Shown: piece after piece, positions 54,129 to 56,533 of the stretch
How the letters are laid out: the number at the start of each line of letters is the position of its first letter
Position numbering within the stretch: position 1 is the first letter of the stretch
Assembly (NCBI GenBank): GCA_028702835.1
Contig: JAQVOB010000001.1
Span: 1 to 56,533 of the forward strand
DNA length: 56,533 bases
Direction of reading: 5' to 3'
Source: Candidatus Methanomethylophilaceae archaeon
GTDB lineage: Archaea; Thermoplasmatota; Thermoplasmata; Methanomassiliicoccales; Methanomethylophilaceae
Position numbers and translations under genes: made by a program
The notes under the pieces: generated by a model
Seen by the model: only the letters and a program-made list of their open reading frames with translations
Told to the model about the DNA's origin: nothing
Database searches by the model: none

Positions 54129-56533
<2,405 letters not shown>

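Overview
The window is a compact archaeal chromosomal segment, about 93-95% coding. I call 64 protein-coding genes and 5 tRNA genes. I found no rRNA, CRISPR array, transposase, integrase or obvious prophage remnant.

The archaeal assignment rests on marker genes:
- proteasome-activating nucleotidase (PAN)
- RPA and a GINS51-like protein
- Nop5, aIF5A, RpoK and MBF1
- CDP-archaeol synthase, pantoate kinase, PurP and Kae1
- a CTP-type riboflavin kinase

A DUF1638 gene, mid-50s % GC by eye, and a fused wHTH-riboflavin kinase suggest Thermoplasmatota or a Methanomassiliicoccales-like organism. That placement is inference only.

Content is mostly housekeeping:
- Purine synthesis: purS-purL-purQ, purP, prs.
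- CoA synthesis: coaBC, pantoate kinase.
- Serine synthesis: class-V aminotransferase plus serA.
- Chromosome biology: smc-scpA-scpB, a two-subunit RPA, XPD, UDG, a HerA-like ATPase, a RecJ/DHH protein.
- Translation and RNA: proS, uS2, aIF5A, Nop5, Sm, TrmI, RtcA, Kae1.

Genes are chained by 1-14 nt stop/start overlaps. Many start codons sit about 22-30 nt downstream of AT-rich TATA-like boxes, which suggests leaderless mRNAs. Nine of ten convergent gene pairs abut or overlap.

The best candidates for something undescribed are:
1. A four-gene operon at 52.5-53.9 kb that I cannot assign to any characterised family. It encodes two Cys-containing paralogues, a 6-Cys miniprotein and a HEAT-repeat protein. 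It is bracketed by convergent tRNA-Val genes that form perfect 30-bp inverted repeats.
2. An ABC importer locus with no binding-protein gene, a fused permease, two non-identical ATPases and a DUF47/PhoU-like gene.
3. An MtnA-type isomerase plus class II aldolase pair (DHAP-shunt-like), translationally coupled to nop5.
4. An RbkR-type regulator/riboflavin kinase next to two unknown membrane proteins.
5. A HerA-like ATPase coupled to DUF357 instead of NurA.

All family calls come from motif recognition by eye. No database search was run.
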